Shown: one piece after another, positions 24,478 to 33,516 of the stretch | How positions within the stretch are numbered: position 1 is the first letter of the stretch | Layout: every line of letters starts with the position of its first letter | Origin: a virus | Taxonomy: Duplodnaviria; Caudoviricetes | Reading direction: 5' to 3' (one strand) | DNA length: 36,024 nt | Virus record (IMG/VR): IMGVR_UViG_3300044677_000062 | Location: 1-36,024 of that record | Notes under the pieces: generated by a model | What the model saw: only the letters and a program-made list of their open reading frames with translations | Databases searched by the model: none | Told to the model about the DNA's origin: nothing | Made by a program: the position numbers and the translations under genes

Positions 24478-25587
24478 ATGGGACGACGCAGAGGGCGATA
24501 CGGCGAGTGGGGTAAGCACCTCGACATCTTCGACGTGTACTCCGACTTCAAGGCCGACCCGGCCGTGCTGGAGCACATCATCGAGGAAGAGGGCGGCGAG
24601 GAGGCCCTGGCCGAGACCTACGGCTCGCCCGAGGGCCGCGTCGATTTCCCCTTCTTCCTCCAGACCGTCATCCGTCACCGGATGCGCAAACGCTTTCAGG
24701 GTGTCGCCTCCCGCTGGGATCAGTACCTCGGCCGCGAGAACGCCCAAGACTTCCGCGAGCACACGACCTCCGAGTTGGGCGCGATCCGCGGCTACGAGGG
24801 GATCGAGGAGCATGGCGAGTACCCACGCCTGCGCAGCCGCGAGTTGGGTGGCCCGAGTTACGCCGTCGGCAAGTACGGCGGCATCTACGGCGTGACCTTC
24901 GAGCTGGTCATCAACGACGAAACGGACACGATCCTCAACGGGATCCCCTCCGAGTTGGGGAAATCGATGGCCGAGTACGTCGCCAAGGCGATGGTCGCCC
25001 TGGTCGAGTCCAACCCGACCTACTCGCCCGACAGCAAACCCTTCTTCTCGGCCGAACGAGAGAACCTGATCACGGGCGCCTCCGCCGATCCGACGCCGGA
25101 CAACATCATGGCCCTGCTCGACACCATGAGCCTGCGCCGCGACGTGGACGACATCCCGATCCTGGTGGAGGCGAGCAAAGTGCTCGTCCGCGAGCCCTCG
25201 CTGAAGGCCCAGATCAACACCATGATCCGCTCCACGGAGACCGGCGTCCGAAAGGACTCCGAACCGGGCACGACCTTCTACCCAGGGACGAATAACGCCC
25301 TGTTCAACCTGCTCCCAGAGGACGCCGTGATCGTGGAGCCCTGGCTCAACGTCCCCGGCGACTACTACATCCTCGCCAACGCGCAGGACCGCCCGGCCTT
25401 CCTCGCCGCCTTCCTGCGCAATCGCGTCGATCCCTACATCTTCCTGAAGGACTCGGGGATGAAGGGCCTCGGCGGAGGCGCATCCGACCCCTACTCGATG
25501 GACTTCGATGAGGTCCCCTTCAAGGTCCGCCACGTCTTCGGCGGCGCCGTCGGGGAGCCCCTCGCGGCCGTCAAGGCTCAGCCCTAA
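24478..25587 (+). CDS. major capsid protein (HK97 fold, Mu gpT-like)
   Basis: LAE...DFPFFL, QDFR, EHGEY, KYGGIYGVTFELVINDE, FKVRHVFGG. Confidence 0.88.
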   Translation: MGRRRGRYGEWGKHLDIFDVYSDFKADPAVLEHIIEEEGGEEALAETYGSPEGRVDFPFFLQTVIRHRMRKRFQGVASRWDQYLGRENAQDFREHTTSELGAIRGYEGIEEHGEYPRLRSRELGGPSYAVGKYGGIYGVTFELVINDETDTILNGIPSELGKSMAEYVAKAMVALVESNPTYSPDSKPFFSAERENLITGASADPTPDNIMALLDTMSLRRDVDDIPILVEASKVLVREPSLKAQINTMIRSTETGVRKDSEPGTTFYPGTNNALFNLLPEDAVIVEPWLNVPGDYYILANAQDRPAFLAAFLRNRVDPYIFLKDSGMKGLGGGASDPYSMDFDEVPFKVRHVFGGAVGEPLAAVKAQP

Positions 25588-25601
25588 AGGAGGCCGTCGC
25601 C

Positions 25602-26597
25602 ATGTGCCCAGCCGCAGGTCTCGATCCACTCCGAGTTGCACCCGAAGATCCCACCGCCGCTGAGGCTGGCGAGCTGGTCAAAAAGATCGGCGTTGGCAAC
25701 CAGGCGAAGAAACTCATCGCCGCGGTCGCCAGGCAGATGCCCAAGGAGTTGCGGATCGCCTGCCAGCGCACCGAGCACCCGGAGCGCTCCGAATACCTGG
25801 ACCCCGAGGAGGTCCTCGCCCAGACGGAGTACACGGTCGGGGCCGAGAACGTCATCGAGATCCTCTCCGCACGGGTGAAGGGCAATGCCACCCGGCCAGC
25901 CGACTCCAAAGTCATCGTCCTCTTCCTCACCCCCGAGGGCCGACCGGCGCGCTGCGCAATCGACTACCGGCTGTTCAAGAACAGCCTGGAAGCCTTCGAC
26001 AATGCCCTGAAGAACGGCGAAGTCGATCTCGGCTCCGATAAGGAGTCGGCCGCCGGGCTCCGCCGCCAGAATGAGCGCCTCCGCGCCGAGTTGCGCGCCA
26101 AGGTAACCGGCCAGCCGCCGGCCCAGGGCTTCCCCGCCGGCACCCAGGGCGAGGAAGCCCCGAATGCCGCCCCCAACGACAACGGCACCTCCACCGTCGA
26201 ATTGCCCGAGGGCGTCGAGGCCGGCGACCCCGGCTACCCGGTGGACGAGGAGTCGGGCGACCTGCTGGTCCTCCCGGACTCGGTCCGCGAGGACCTGATC
26301 GCCTCGGCCCAGACCGAACAGGAGGCCGAGGGTGCTCAGCAGGAGATCGACCGCCTCACCGCCGAGTTGGAGGCTGCTCAGGTGGCACCGGTAGGCAGCG
26401 AGGAAGAAAAGCCCGACGCCGAGGTGGACCTCTCCACCGTCGAATTGCCCGAGGGCAATGCCGAAACGATCAACGCTGGCCTGAGCTTCTATGACGGCGA
26501 CGTGGTGGCCGCTCTGGCCGAGCACGGCAAGACCAAGAGCACCCGCGAGGCCGCCACGGCCGAGCTGGCCAAGCGCAACGCTCCCGCTGAGGGCTAA
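25602..26597 (+). CDS. acidic hypothetical virion-associated protein
   Basis: SD AAGGAGG; internal STVELPEG duplication. Confidence 0.65.
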   Translation: MCPAAGLDPLRVAPEDPTAAEAGELVKKIGVGNQAKKLIAAVARQMPKELRIACQRTEHPERSEYLDPEEVLAQTEYTVGAENVIEILSARVKGNATRPADSKVIVLFLTPEGRPARCAIDYRLFKNSLEAFDNALKNGEVDLGSDKESAAGLRRQNERLRAELRAKVTGQPPAQGFPAGTQGEEAPNAAPNDNGTSTVELPEGVEAGDPGYPVDEESGDLLVLPDSVREDLIASAQTEQEAEGAQQEIDRLTAELEAAQVAPVGSEEEKPDAEVDLSTVELPEGNAETINAGLSFYDGDVVAALAEHGKTKSTREAATAELAKRNAPAEG

Positions 26598-26601
26598 AGC
26601 C

Positions 26602-27060
26602 ATGAGCGCGGTAGTGGCCCCGGAGGACCGAGCGCCTCTCGGGATGAACGTCTACGTCGAGTTGCGCGGCCCCGATGGCAAGCTGAAGCAGGTCGAGGAG
26701 ATCCACAACCTGATCCCGACCATCGGCAAAGAAGCGCTCATGGACAACATCCTCGCCGCGCCCACGCTGGGCAAGCCGACCCACATGGCGATCGGCTCCG
26801 GCTCGGAAGCCGCAGCAGCCGGCGACACCAAACTCAAAACCGAGACCGACCGCAACGCCCTCGCCGAAAAGACCCGCTCGGGCAAAGTCGTGACGCTGAA
26901 AGCCGAATGGGCCGCTGGCGATGGCACCGGGGAAATCAAAGAGGCGGGCCTCTTCTCCGCGTCCTCGGAAGGCTCCCTCTTCGCTCGGGCCGTCTTCGCG
27001 GTCGTGAACAAGGGCGCCGAAGACACCCTCGTGATCATCTGGAAAATCACGGGCGAATAG
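26602..27060 (+). CDS. conserved phage structural protein (fibre/collar-like)
   Basis: NLIPTIG...MAIGSG..AAAGDTKL..E...IKEAGLF...LFAR..F..VNK. Confidence 0.7.
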   Translation: MSAVVAPEDRAPLGMNVYVELRGPDGKLKQVEEIHNLIPTIGKEALMDNILAAPTLGKPTHMAIGSGSEAAAAGDTKLKTETDRNALAEKTRSGKVVTLKAEWAAGDGTGEIKEAGLFSASSEGSLFARAVFAVVNKGAEDTLVIIWKITGE

Positions 27061-27081
27061 CGGCCGGGGGGTCCCGCTCGG

Positions 27082-29418
27082 ATGGCGCGACTCTGGAGTA
27101 ACGGATTCGAGGGACAACTCCTCTCGACCACCGCCAACACGCAGGTCGAGGGCATCGAAGGCCTGATCAGCGGCACCCCGGTGATTGATCTCACGGTCCC
27201 GCGCTCGGGCCTGGCCTGCCTAGAATGCACGACCGGCACCGCTAAGTATTGGCAGGCGGGGCCGACCACGCTCTCCCTCGACCGCGACTACTGGACCCGA
27301 GCCGCCCTTCGCCGCGTCGGGTCGATAACCGCTCTGATCCGGGTCGTCCATGTCGTCAGCACCGCCGGGGAAACGATCGGCTCCATCCGCTGGGAAACCA
27401 ATGGCAAACTCCAGTTGTACGACTCCAAAGGGGAAAAAGTCGGCCCGGCGGTCGAAACGACGACTGGGAAATGGTATGTCGTGGAGATGAACTTCCGCGT
27501 GAACACGGCGGGCAAAGGCAAGCTCGGCTGGAAGCTCGACGGCGTCGTCATCCAGGAACCGATCGCCGCCGAAACGCTCAACGCCGCCGCCAACCGGCTC
27601 CGCTATGGCTGCGATGCCAGCCCGGGCACCACGGTCTACGTGGACGACCTCTGCCTCAACGACGACCAGGGCGCCAACCAGAACAGTTGGCCGGGGCTCG
27701 GCAAGCTGGTCCTCCTCAAACCGACCAGCGACAAAGCCAACACAGGATTCACAGCGGGCGGCGGCGGCACTGAAAAACTCTTCGAAGCCCTCGACAACCG
27801 CCCCCCGACCGGCAAAGCCTCGCCCGGGGAAAACGGGACCCAGATCGGCAGCGCCAACAACAACGCCACCGATAACGCCGAATTCAACCTGGCGGCCTAC
27901 TCGAAACCCGTCGCCGAAGGCGGTGGTGGGATTGCAGCCACCGACAACATCATTCTGCTCGCCTACATGGCCCGCTACGGCACGTCCTCGACCACCGCTC
28001 GGTCGTTAGGCATCTCGGGCGCCTCCAACCCCTCGGCCACCGAGACCGTCGTCAACACGATCTCGGCAGCCGCAGTCAGCACGGAGCCCACCGCGTGGTT
28101 TACCCGCTACACCGCCGTCGCCTATTTGCCCTCGGTGACGATCGGGACCTCGCCCGTGGTCAAGGTGCGCAAGGCTGCGGCGACGACCGATCGCATCAAC
28201 GTGGACATGGTCGGCATGTACGTCGAGTATCGCCCCGGCCTGAGCCTAGAACTCACCGACGCGGCTGTCTTTAGCGAGACCCATGGCTCCGGCGATACCA
28301 AGCCTCTGGCCGACAGCCAGGCCCTCTCGGACTCCAGCAACCTCGCCATGGGAAAGGGCTTCGCCGAGTCGATTGCGGTGACTGAGACCCGCTCCCTGGC
28401 GGCCGGCCGGGTCCTGGCTGATGTCCTGGCGGTCACCGAGACTCGCAGCCTTGCCGCTGGCAAGCCCCTCTCTGACTCCCAGGCCTTCACCGATGCTCTG
28501 GTTCGCGGATTGGGCCTGAAACCCGCAGATGCGATCACGCTGACCGAGGCACTGACCAAAACGACCCTGCTCACCCGTTCGGAGACCGTCGCCCTCGAAG
28601 ACACGATCGCCCGAGCCTGGGCCTCTCGACTGGCGCCCGTCGATACCTTCTCCACCTCCGACGTGCGCACCGCGGCGATCTCCAAGGCGCTGACCGAGGC
28701 ATTTGCGGCCACCGAGACCCGCTCGCAGGCCATCGGGATCAACCGCGCCGAGGGGATCTCGCTGTTGGACGAAATGCGGCGCTCGCTCGCTCGCGTCCTA
28801 ACCGAGAGCTTCGGCTGGAGCGACGCCCTCAGCCGCGACCTTGGAATCTCGCTGGCGGATGGTTTCGGCCTGCTCGACCAGATCGCGGTCGAAGGGCTAA
28901 GCGGGATCTCCCTCGCCGATCTGATCGTCCTCTCCGATTCCCGCGCCGCAGTGGTCAACAAGCCGCTGCACGATGCACTGGCGCCCACCGAGACCCATGC
29001 CCTCGGGATCGGGCTGAGCCGCACCGAGCAGGCCGCCTTCGCCGATGCTCTCACCCGCCGCCTCGGCCTCTCTCGCGCCGAGGCCATCGCCCTCACCGAT
29101 GAAGTGGACATCAAAGTAATGCTCGGCCGCGCCTTCACCGATGCCACCGTCTTCACCGACTCCCTGGTTCGTGCCGTCGCCGTGCGCCCTTCCGATCAGC
29201 TTCTCCTCAGCGACGAAGTGGGACGAGCCTGGACCGTGAAGCTTGCGATCACCGATGCCATCAGCCTGGGCGAGAGCATGGAAGTGATCGATGTCGCCGG
29301 CAGACGTGTCGGCGAATCGACCCTGGGGGAGCTATCTCCGCAGGGCGCCATACTGACCGAGCACCAGCCCGGCGCCAGGCTGGGCGAGGATCCTACCGGT
29401 GGAGCGACTCTCGGATGA
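27082..29418 (+). CDS. large fibre-like protein: ConA/LamG-like N-terminus plus ~18-aa tandem repeats
   Basis: GKWYVVEM...LDG...VYVDDL; repeats such as KPLADSQALSDSSNLAMG / KGFAESIAVTETRSLAAG. Confidence 0.65.
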   Translation: MARLWSNGFEGQLLSTTANTQVEGIEGLISGTPVIDLTVPRSGLACLECTTGTAKYWQAGPTTLSLDRDYWTRAALRRVGSITALIRVVHVVSTAGETIGSIRWETNGKLQLYDSKGEKVGPAVETTTGKWYVVEMNFRVNTAGKGKLGWKLDGVVIQEPIAAETLNAAANRLRYGCDASPGTTVYVDDLCLNDDQGANQNSWPGLGKLVLLKPTSDKANTGFTAGGGGTEKLFEALDNRPPTGKASPGENGTQIGSANNNATDNAEFNLAAYSKPVAEGGGGIAATDNIILLAYMARYGTSSTTARSLGISGASNPSATETVVNTISAAAVSTEPTAWFTRYTAVAYLPSVTIGTSPVVKVRKAAATTDRINVDMVGMYVEYRPGLSLELTDAAVFSETHGSGDTKPLADSQALSDSSNLAMGKGFAESIAVTETRSLAAGRVLADVLAVTETRSLAAGKPLSDSQAFTDALVRGLGLKPADAITLTEALTKTTLLTRSETVALEDTIARAWASRLAPVDTFSTSDVRTAAISKALTEAFAATETRSQAIGINRAEGISLLDEMRRSLARVLTESFGWSDALSRDLGISLADGFGLLDQIAVEGLSGISLADLIVLSDSRAAVVNKPLHDALAPTETHALGIGLSRTEQAAFADALTRRLGLSRAEAIALTDEVDIKVMLGRAFTDATVFTDSLVRAVAVRPSDQLLLSDEVGRAWTVKLAITDAISLGESMEVIDVAGRRVGESTLGELSPQGAILTEHQPGARLGEDPTGGATLG

Positions 29419-30254
29419 CGATTAACAACATCAATCCCGGCGACATCAAGAAGCTCACGGTCGCGATCACCGATGAGGACGGCGCCCTCGGCAATCCCGA
29501 CAGCCTGAAACTCGAAGTCCAGCGCCCAGACGGCGAAATACTGACCCAGCATTGGCCGGGCGGTGACATCACCGAAGAGGTGCTGGGTAGCTTTTTCGCT
29601 CGGGTCGAACTGACCGAAGCGGGGGCCTGGCAGTACCGCTGGCAGGCAACCGGCATCCAATTCAACGAGCGCGGCACGCTCTTCGTCGGCATAGACACCA
29701 TCACCGCCGACCCCTTCCCCGCCGAGGGTTTCACCGTCGCCGAGGTCTGGGGACGCTCGCCGATGCTGAAAAGCCGGTACCCATCCGGCGCCGGAGATGG
29801 CGACCTCGTCCTGGCCGTCGCCGTCGTGGCTCCCCTGGTCGGCTCCATTACCGGTCGCTCGATTGCAGGGATGGGGGGAGAAGCCGTCCCTGAGGCCATG
29901 CAAGAGCTGGCGCTTCGCGCCATCGCCCTGAAGACCGAGCAGTTCATCAGCGCCGTCGGCACCGCCAAAGGCCGCAAATTGTCGCTCAACCGAGGCAACC
30001 TCGCCAGCTTCTCGGCGGGCTCCTACTCAGAGTCCTACTTCGGCCCCGGCCAGATGATCTCAGCCAAAAAGCTCGACGCAGACCCCATCTTGGCCGAGGT
30101 CCTCTGGGCGCTTTGCACCGAACAGGCCAAACTAGAATGGCTCTCGATTTGGGACCCGGCCGACTACCCGCTCGGCACCGCATCGGTCGTCTCCTACGAG
30201 TACGGCAACCGCCCCAACTACAGCCCCTATGGCTTCCCGCGAGTGAGTTGGTAG
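29415..30254 (+). CDS. head-tail connector/adaptor with an N-terminal Ig-like domain
   Basis: AGAWQYRWQATG; SFSAGSYSESY; position in the neck block. Confidence 0.6.
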   Translation: MTINNINPGDIKKLTVAITDEDGALGNPDSLKLEVQRPDGEILTQHWPGGDITEEVLGSFFARVELTEAGAWQYRWQATGIQFNERGTLFVGIDTITADPFPAEGFTVAEVWGRSPMLKSRYPSGAGDGDLVLAVAVVAPLVGSITGRSIAGMGGEAVPEAMQELALRAIALKTEQFISAVGTAKGRKLSLNRGNLASFSAGSYSESYFGPGQMISAKKLDADPILAEVLWALCTEQAKLEWLSIWDPADYPLGTASVVSYEYGNRPNYSPYGFPRVSW

Positions 30255-30258
30255 CCAG

Positions 30259-30675
30259 ATGCCCCTCGGCGATGTTTGTATCCACACGGCGACGCCGATC
30301 TTGACGATTACCGACACAGACGAGGAAAGCTACGTCGAGGGCGAGCCCGACGAGGACACCACCCCCGGCGTCCCCTTCGGCTGCCTCTTCCTCATGAGCA
30401 TCCGCCGCCGCGCCACCTCCAACACGACCGGCGCCCGCGAGGACGCCACCTTCCCCGCCCAGCGGAAAATCGAGTCGCCGACGATCCTCTACGAGGCCGA
30501 ACGCGACGGCGGCTCGCCGATCGAAGTGGTGGCCGAGGACGAAATTGACATCCTGGCCGAAGAGATCTTAGGACCGAGCCCGGTCCGCTTCCAAGTCGAG
30601 GGCGACCCGATCCCGATGGCTCGGCCGGGAGAAGTAATCGGGTGGGAATGTCGGCTCAAACGGGTGATCGACTGA
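30259..30675 (+). CDS. putative head-closure (stopper) protein
   Basis: Position and size; FQVEGDP motif. Confidence 0.5.
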   Translation: MPLGDVCIHTATPILTITDTDEESYVEGEPDEDTTPGVPFGCLFLMSIRRRATSNTTGAREDATFPAQRKIESPTILYEAERDGGSPIEVVAEDEIDILAEEILGPSPVRFQVEGDPIPMARPGEVIGWECRLKRVID

Positions 30676-30890
30676 TGGCTGTGACAACCGGCAAACGCAC
30701 AAAATGGAACATGGGCGAGGTCCGCCACCTGGCCCTCGCTGCCGAGTTGGTCAGGCCCAACATCTTCAACGTGAACCTCGTGGTTGAACGCTGCGAAGGC
30801 GACTTCGATCTTGCCCTGGAGGCGCTGACGATGTCGCCACGGCCGGCCTGGGTCATCGAGCTGCTGGATTTCAAGACGGAGAAGAAGTGA
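30675..30890 (+). CDS. hypothetical protein
   Basis: TGATG and GTGA coupling. Confidence 0.55.
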   Translation: MAVTTGKRTKWNMGEVRHLALAAELVRPNIFNVNLVVERCEGDFDLALEALTMSPRPAWVIELLDFKTEKK

Positions 30891-31195
30891 TGGAGGGCCG
30901 CCGGGTCGAGGACAACAACGTCGAGGCCATCGACGGCGATGGCGACTACAGCGTCCAGATCAACGAGGAGGGGGAGATCACTGGCCTTTGGTTCTCGTTG
31001 CCGGGCGTGCCTGTCGAGTGGGCGAGGATCGCTGCCACCGGCCACTCCCTCGACGGCGAGCCGGGCTGGACGATCACCGAGGGCAGCGACGGGAAGATCA
31101 CCGTGGATCCATCGATCGATTGCAAGTGGGGCTCCACCGACGAGGCCCGGTGGCACGGGTGGCTCCGCGAGGGCGACTGGAGCGTGGCGGCATGA
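30887..31195 (+). CDS. DUF6527-like protein, copy 1
   Basis: WTI...ITVDPSI...WHGWLREGDW. Confidence 0.6.
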   Translation: MMEGRRVEDNNVEAIDGDGDYSVQINEEGEITGLWFSLPGVPVEWARIAATGHSLDGEPGWTITEGSDGKITVDPSIDCKWGSTDEARWHGWLREGDWSVAA

Positions 31196-31563
31196 CGAGT
31201 GCCATCATCATCGTCAGCGCTGTCGTTGGTGCGATTGGCGCTTACCTCGTCGCGGCCCGTCAATTCAGCGGCAAGATCGAAACCTCTGACGCGAAGGAGC
31301 TTTGGCAGGAGTCTCGCTCGATAAGAGACTGGTCCACGCAGCGCATAGGGACCCTGAACGAGAATGTTGAGCGCTTGGAAGAGCGAGTCGGAGCACTGGA
31401 GGGAAGTAACGAGCAGCTTGCCGCCGAGAACCAGAAATTGATTACGGAGATCGCCGAACTGAACACGACAATCAAAGAGTTGCGAGACGAGATTGTCGCA
31501 CTCGTTGAAGAACTCAGAACGTCCAAAAAGCAAGTCGCCAAGTTGGAGGAGGAGTCCAAGTGA
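31192..31563 (+). CDS. N-terminal TM + coiled-coil protein (lysis-accessory-like)
   Basis: AIIIVSAVVGAIGAYLVA followed by long heptads; more AT-rich codons. Confidence 0.65.
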   Translation: MTSAIIIVSAVVGAIGAYLVAARQFSGKIETSDAKELWQESRSIRDWSTQRIGTLNENVERLEERVGALEGSNEQLAAENQKLITEIAELNTTIKELRDEIVALVEELRTSKKQVAKLEEESK

Positions 31564-31850
31564 GTGATCCCGAGTCAATTATCACCCCGATCCGCCGCAC
31601 GCTTCGTCGTCTGGTGGCGGCCACGGTCGTTGTCTTCGTCTTTTCTATAGGCGTTGCCGGCTACGCATGGACGAACTCTGGCGAAAACCGTGACGCCCTC
31701 TGTGCCCTGCGAGCAGATGTCGAACAGAGGGTTGCGGTCTCGGAAACCCTGCTGCGCGAAAAGCCTGACGGCGAACTCGCCGCCGCCATCCGCGTGAGCC
31801 TCGAAGGGCAACAGAGGACCGTCGCTGCGCTTACGAGCTTGTCCTGCTGA
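31560..31850 (+). CDS. single-TM membrane protein with two Cys
   Basis: LVAATVVVFVFSIGVAGYAW; C...C-terminal C. Confidence 0.65.
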   Translation: MSDPESIITPIRRTLRRLVAATVVVFVFSIGVAGYAWTNSGENRDALCALRADVEQRVAVSETLLREKPDGELAAAIRVSLEGQQRTVAALTSLSC

Positions 31851-32200
31851 TGGCGCCGCGCCGGCTGGTCGGTCGCCGCATCCCCGTGCCGGCGAGCGGC
31901 GACATCAACGAGGTGCTCGGCGACCTGGAACCCGGCGACTATGTTGGCCCCTACACCGGGTATAGCGGCGAGAAGCCGGCGGTCACCTTCCTGAAGCCCA
32001 ACGCCCGCGACCCGAATGCACCCGCAGCGGCGCGGAGCATTCAGTTCGTCGTCTCCCCACCCCATGTCTTCACCGAGGAGGACGATGGCACCCTCACGAT
32101 CACCCCATCGATCGGTGACCGCAAGAGACACCAGGCGGCCGACACCGAGGGCGATGGTTGGCACGGCTACCTGACCAAGGGTGTCTGGCAACAGGTCTGA
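31850..32200 (+). CDS. DUF6527-like protein, copy 2
   Basis: DGTLTITPSI...WHGYLTKGVW. Confidence 0.6.
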   Translation: MAPRRLVGRRIPVPASGDINEVLGDLEPGDYVGPYTGYSGEKPAVTFLKPNARDPNAPAAARSIQFVVSPPHVFTEEDDGTLTITPSIGDRKRHQAADTEGDGWHGYLTKGVWQQV

Positions 32201-32733
32201 TGGGCTACACCGCCGACGGCAAGCTGGAGCACCTCTTCCCCGAGCGCTTCATTACCGAGACCGGGAAGGAGATCACCGACGAGGTCGGTACCCGCTGGCG
32301 GGCGGGCGTCGCCAAACGCACGCCGGTCGCCCGTCTCCCAAGTGCCTACAAAGGCGGCTTCGAGGAGTGGATCCTGGACCGCGGCGGCCGCAAACCCAGG
32401 ACCATGCGCGACTCCTGGGAGAAGACCGCTGTGATTGCCGTGGACGATGGCCATCGCGTCGAGATTTTCTCCAGCGAACCCATCGACGCTCGGGGGTTCC
32501 AGAAGGCCGACTTCGTGGAGGACGACACCAAACCGCACCTGATCCGCGCCAAGCACGCGAAAGCCCTGCGCTACCCGATGGGGCCGAGCTTCCGCTACAA
32601 CGTCGAGGTCTGGCACCCGGGCACGCAGGGCGTCCACATGATGCGCGACACCGAGGCCGAAATGGAAGTGGTCTGGGTCGAGATTGCTCAGACGGTGCTC
32701 GATCGCAAGGAGCGCGAGTACAGCGACGTGTAG
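32200..32733 (+). CDS. HK97 gp10-like tail completion protein
   Basis: KRTPV...MRDSW...FVEDDTKPHLI..K.AKAL....V.HPGT.G.HMM. Confidence 0.7.
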   Translation: MGYTADGKLEHLFPERFITETGKEITDEVGTRWRAGVAKRTPVARLPSAYKGGFEEWILDRGGRKPRTMRDSWEKTAVIAVDDGHRVEIFSSEPIDARGFQKADFVEDDTKPHLIRAKHAKALRYPMGPSFRYNVEVWHPGTQGVHMMRDTEAEMEVVWVEIAQTVLDRKEREYSDV

Positions 32734-32842
32734 CTGGCGGGCCTTCTGCGGGGCGCTCTATCATCTCCGGCATGGATAGCGGCGAGCGCAAGACCTCGGT
32801 GATGTGCCCGGTTCGCCCTGGCGGAGTGGGAGGAGGAGTTCA

Positions 32843-33472
32843 ATGGCTTGGCAGCCTGACGACATCGTTCGCTCGATCCGGCGCTACCTCTCGCTGACCC
32901 TCGAATCGCCTCCCTGGAAGCTACGAGTCGAGCGCCGCGAGGTCCGCGACGAGGAACGTCCGGTCGGCGTCGCCCTTGTCGGCGCTGCCGCACCGACCCG
33001 AGCCCGGTCCTCTCTCATCCAAGGGGAGATCGAAGAAGTGATGCCGGTCACCATCAATCTCTACCCCGAGGTTCCTAGCGAAAGTGCCGACAACACCCGC
33101 ACCGCCCGCCTCGAAGCGTCGAAGCTCAGGGGCCAACTGTCGGATCTCCTAATGATCGGGCTCACGGTCAGAACGACTGAGGACGGCCGCGTCCGCAACT
33201 GGGCAGGCCCGCTGGTTCTGCCGCTGTGGGACTACGAGGGCGTGCCGATCACTGGTCCCGAGAAGGCCGGCCCCGCCGATCCCCACGATGTGCTCTGGAT
33301 CATCCAGGGATCACTTTCGGTCAATGCGATCCAGGACCCCGACGACCCTCTTCGCTGGACGGTGGTAGCCAACTTCCGCGTCTCCGTCGAGCGCCCCGGC
33401 CGAGTCGCCGCCCCAGACGAAATGATGGATGTGAAAGAACTCGTCGGCGACTTCGAGGGCGAGCCCGGCTGA
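32843..33472 (+). CDS. putative tail terminator protein
   Basis: SD GGAGGAGGAG; position upstream of the sheath. Confidence 0.55.
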   Translation: MAWQPDDIVRSIRRYLSLTLESPPWKLRVERREVRDEERPVGVALVGAAAPTRARSSLIQGEIEEVMPVTINLYPEVPSESADNTRTARLEASKLRGQLSDLLMIGLTVRTTEDGRVRNWAGPLVLPLWDYEGVPITGPEKAGPADPHDVLWIIQGSLSVNAIQDPDDPLRWTVVANFRVSVERPGRVAAPDEMMDVKELVGDFEGEPG

Positions 33473-33477
33473 TTTCG

Positions 33478-33507
33478 GCGGTTTCAGTTTCCGCACGGAC
33501 CTATCCT
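33478..33507 (+). promoter_or_regulatory. promoter-like motif GCGGTTTC-N16-TATCCT, copy 3
   Basis: Intergenic; 9 nt before ATG 33517; near-identical to 22190-22219. Confidence 0.65.
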
Positions 33508-33516
33508 CCGCTGCGG

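Noticed and set aside
28250-29280. CRISPR-like or DGR-like repeat array
   Set aside because: The repeats are degenerate, in-frame protein repeats with no identical repeat-spacer pattern, and no reverse transcriptase is present in the window.
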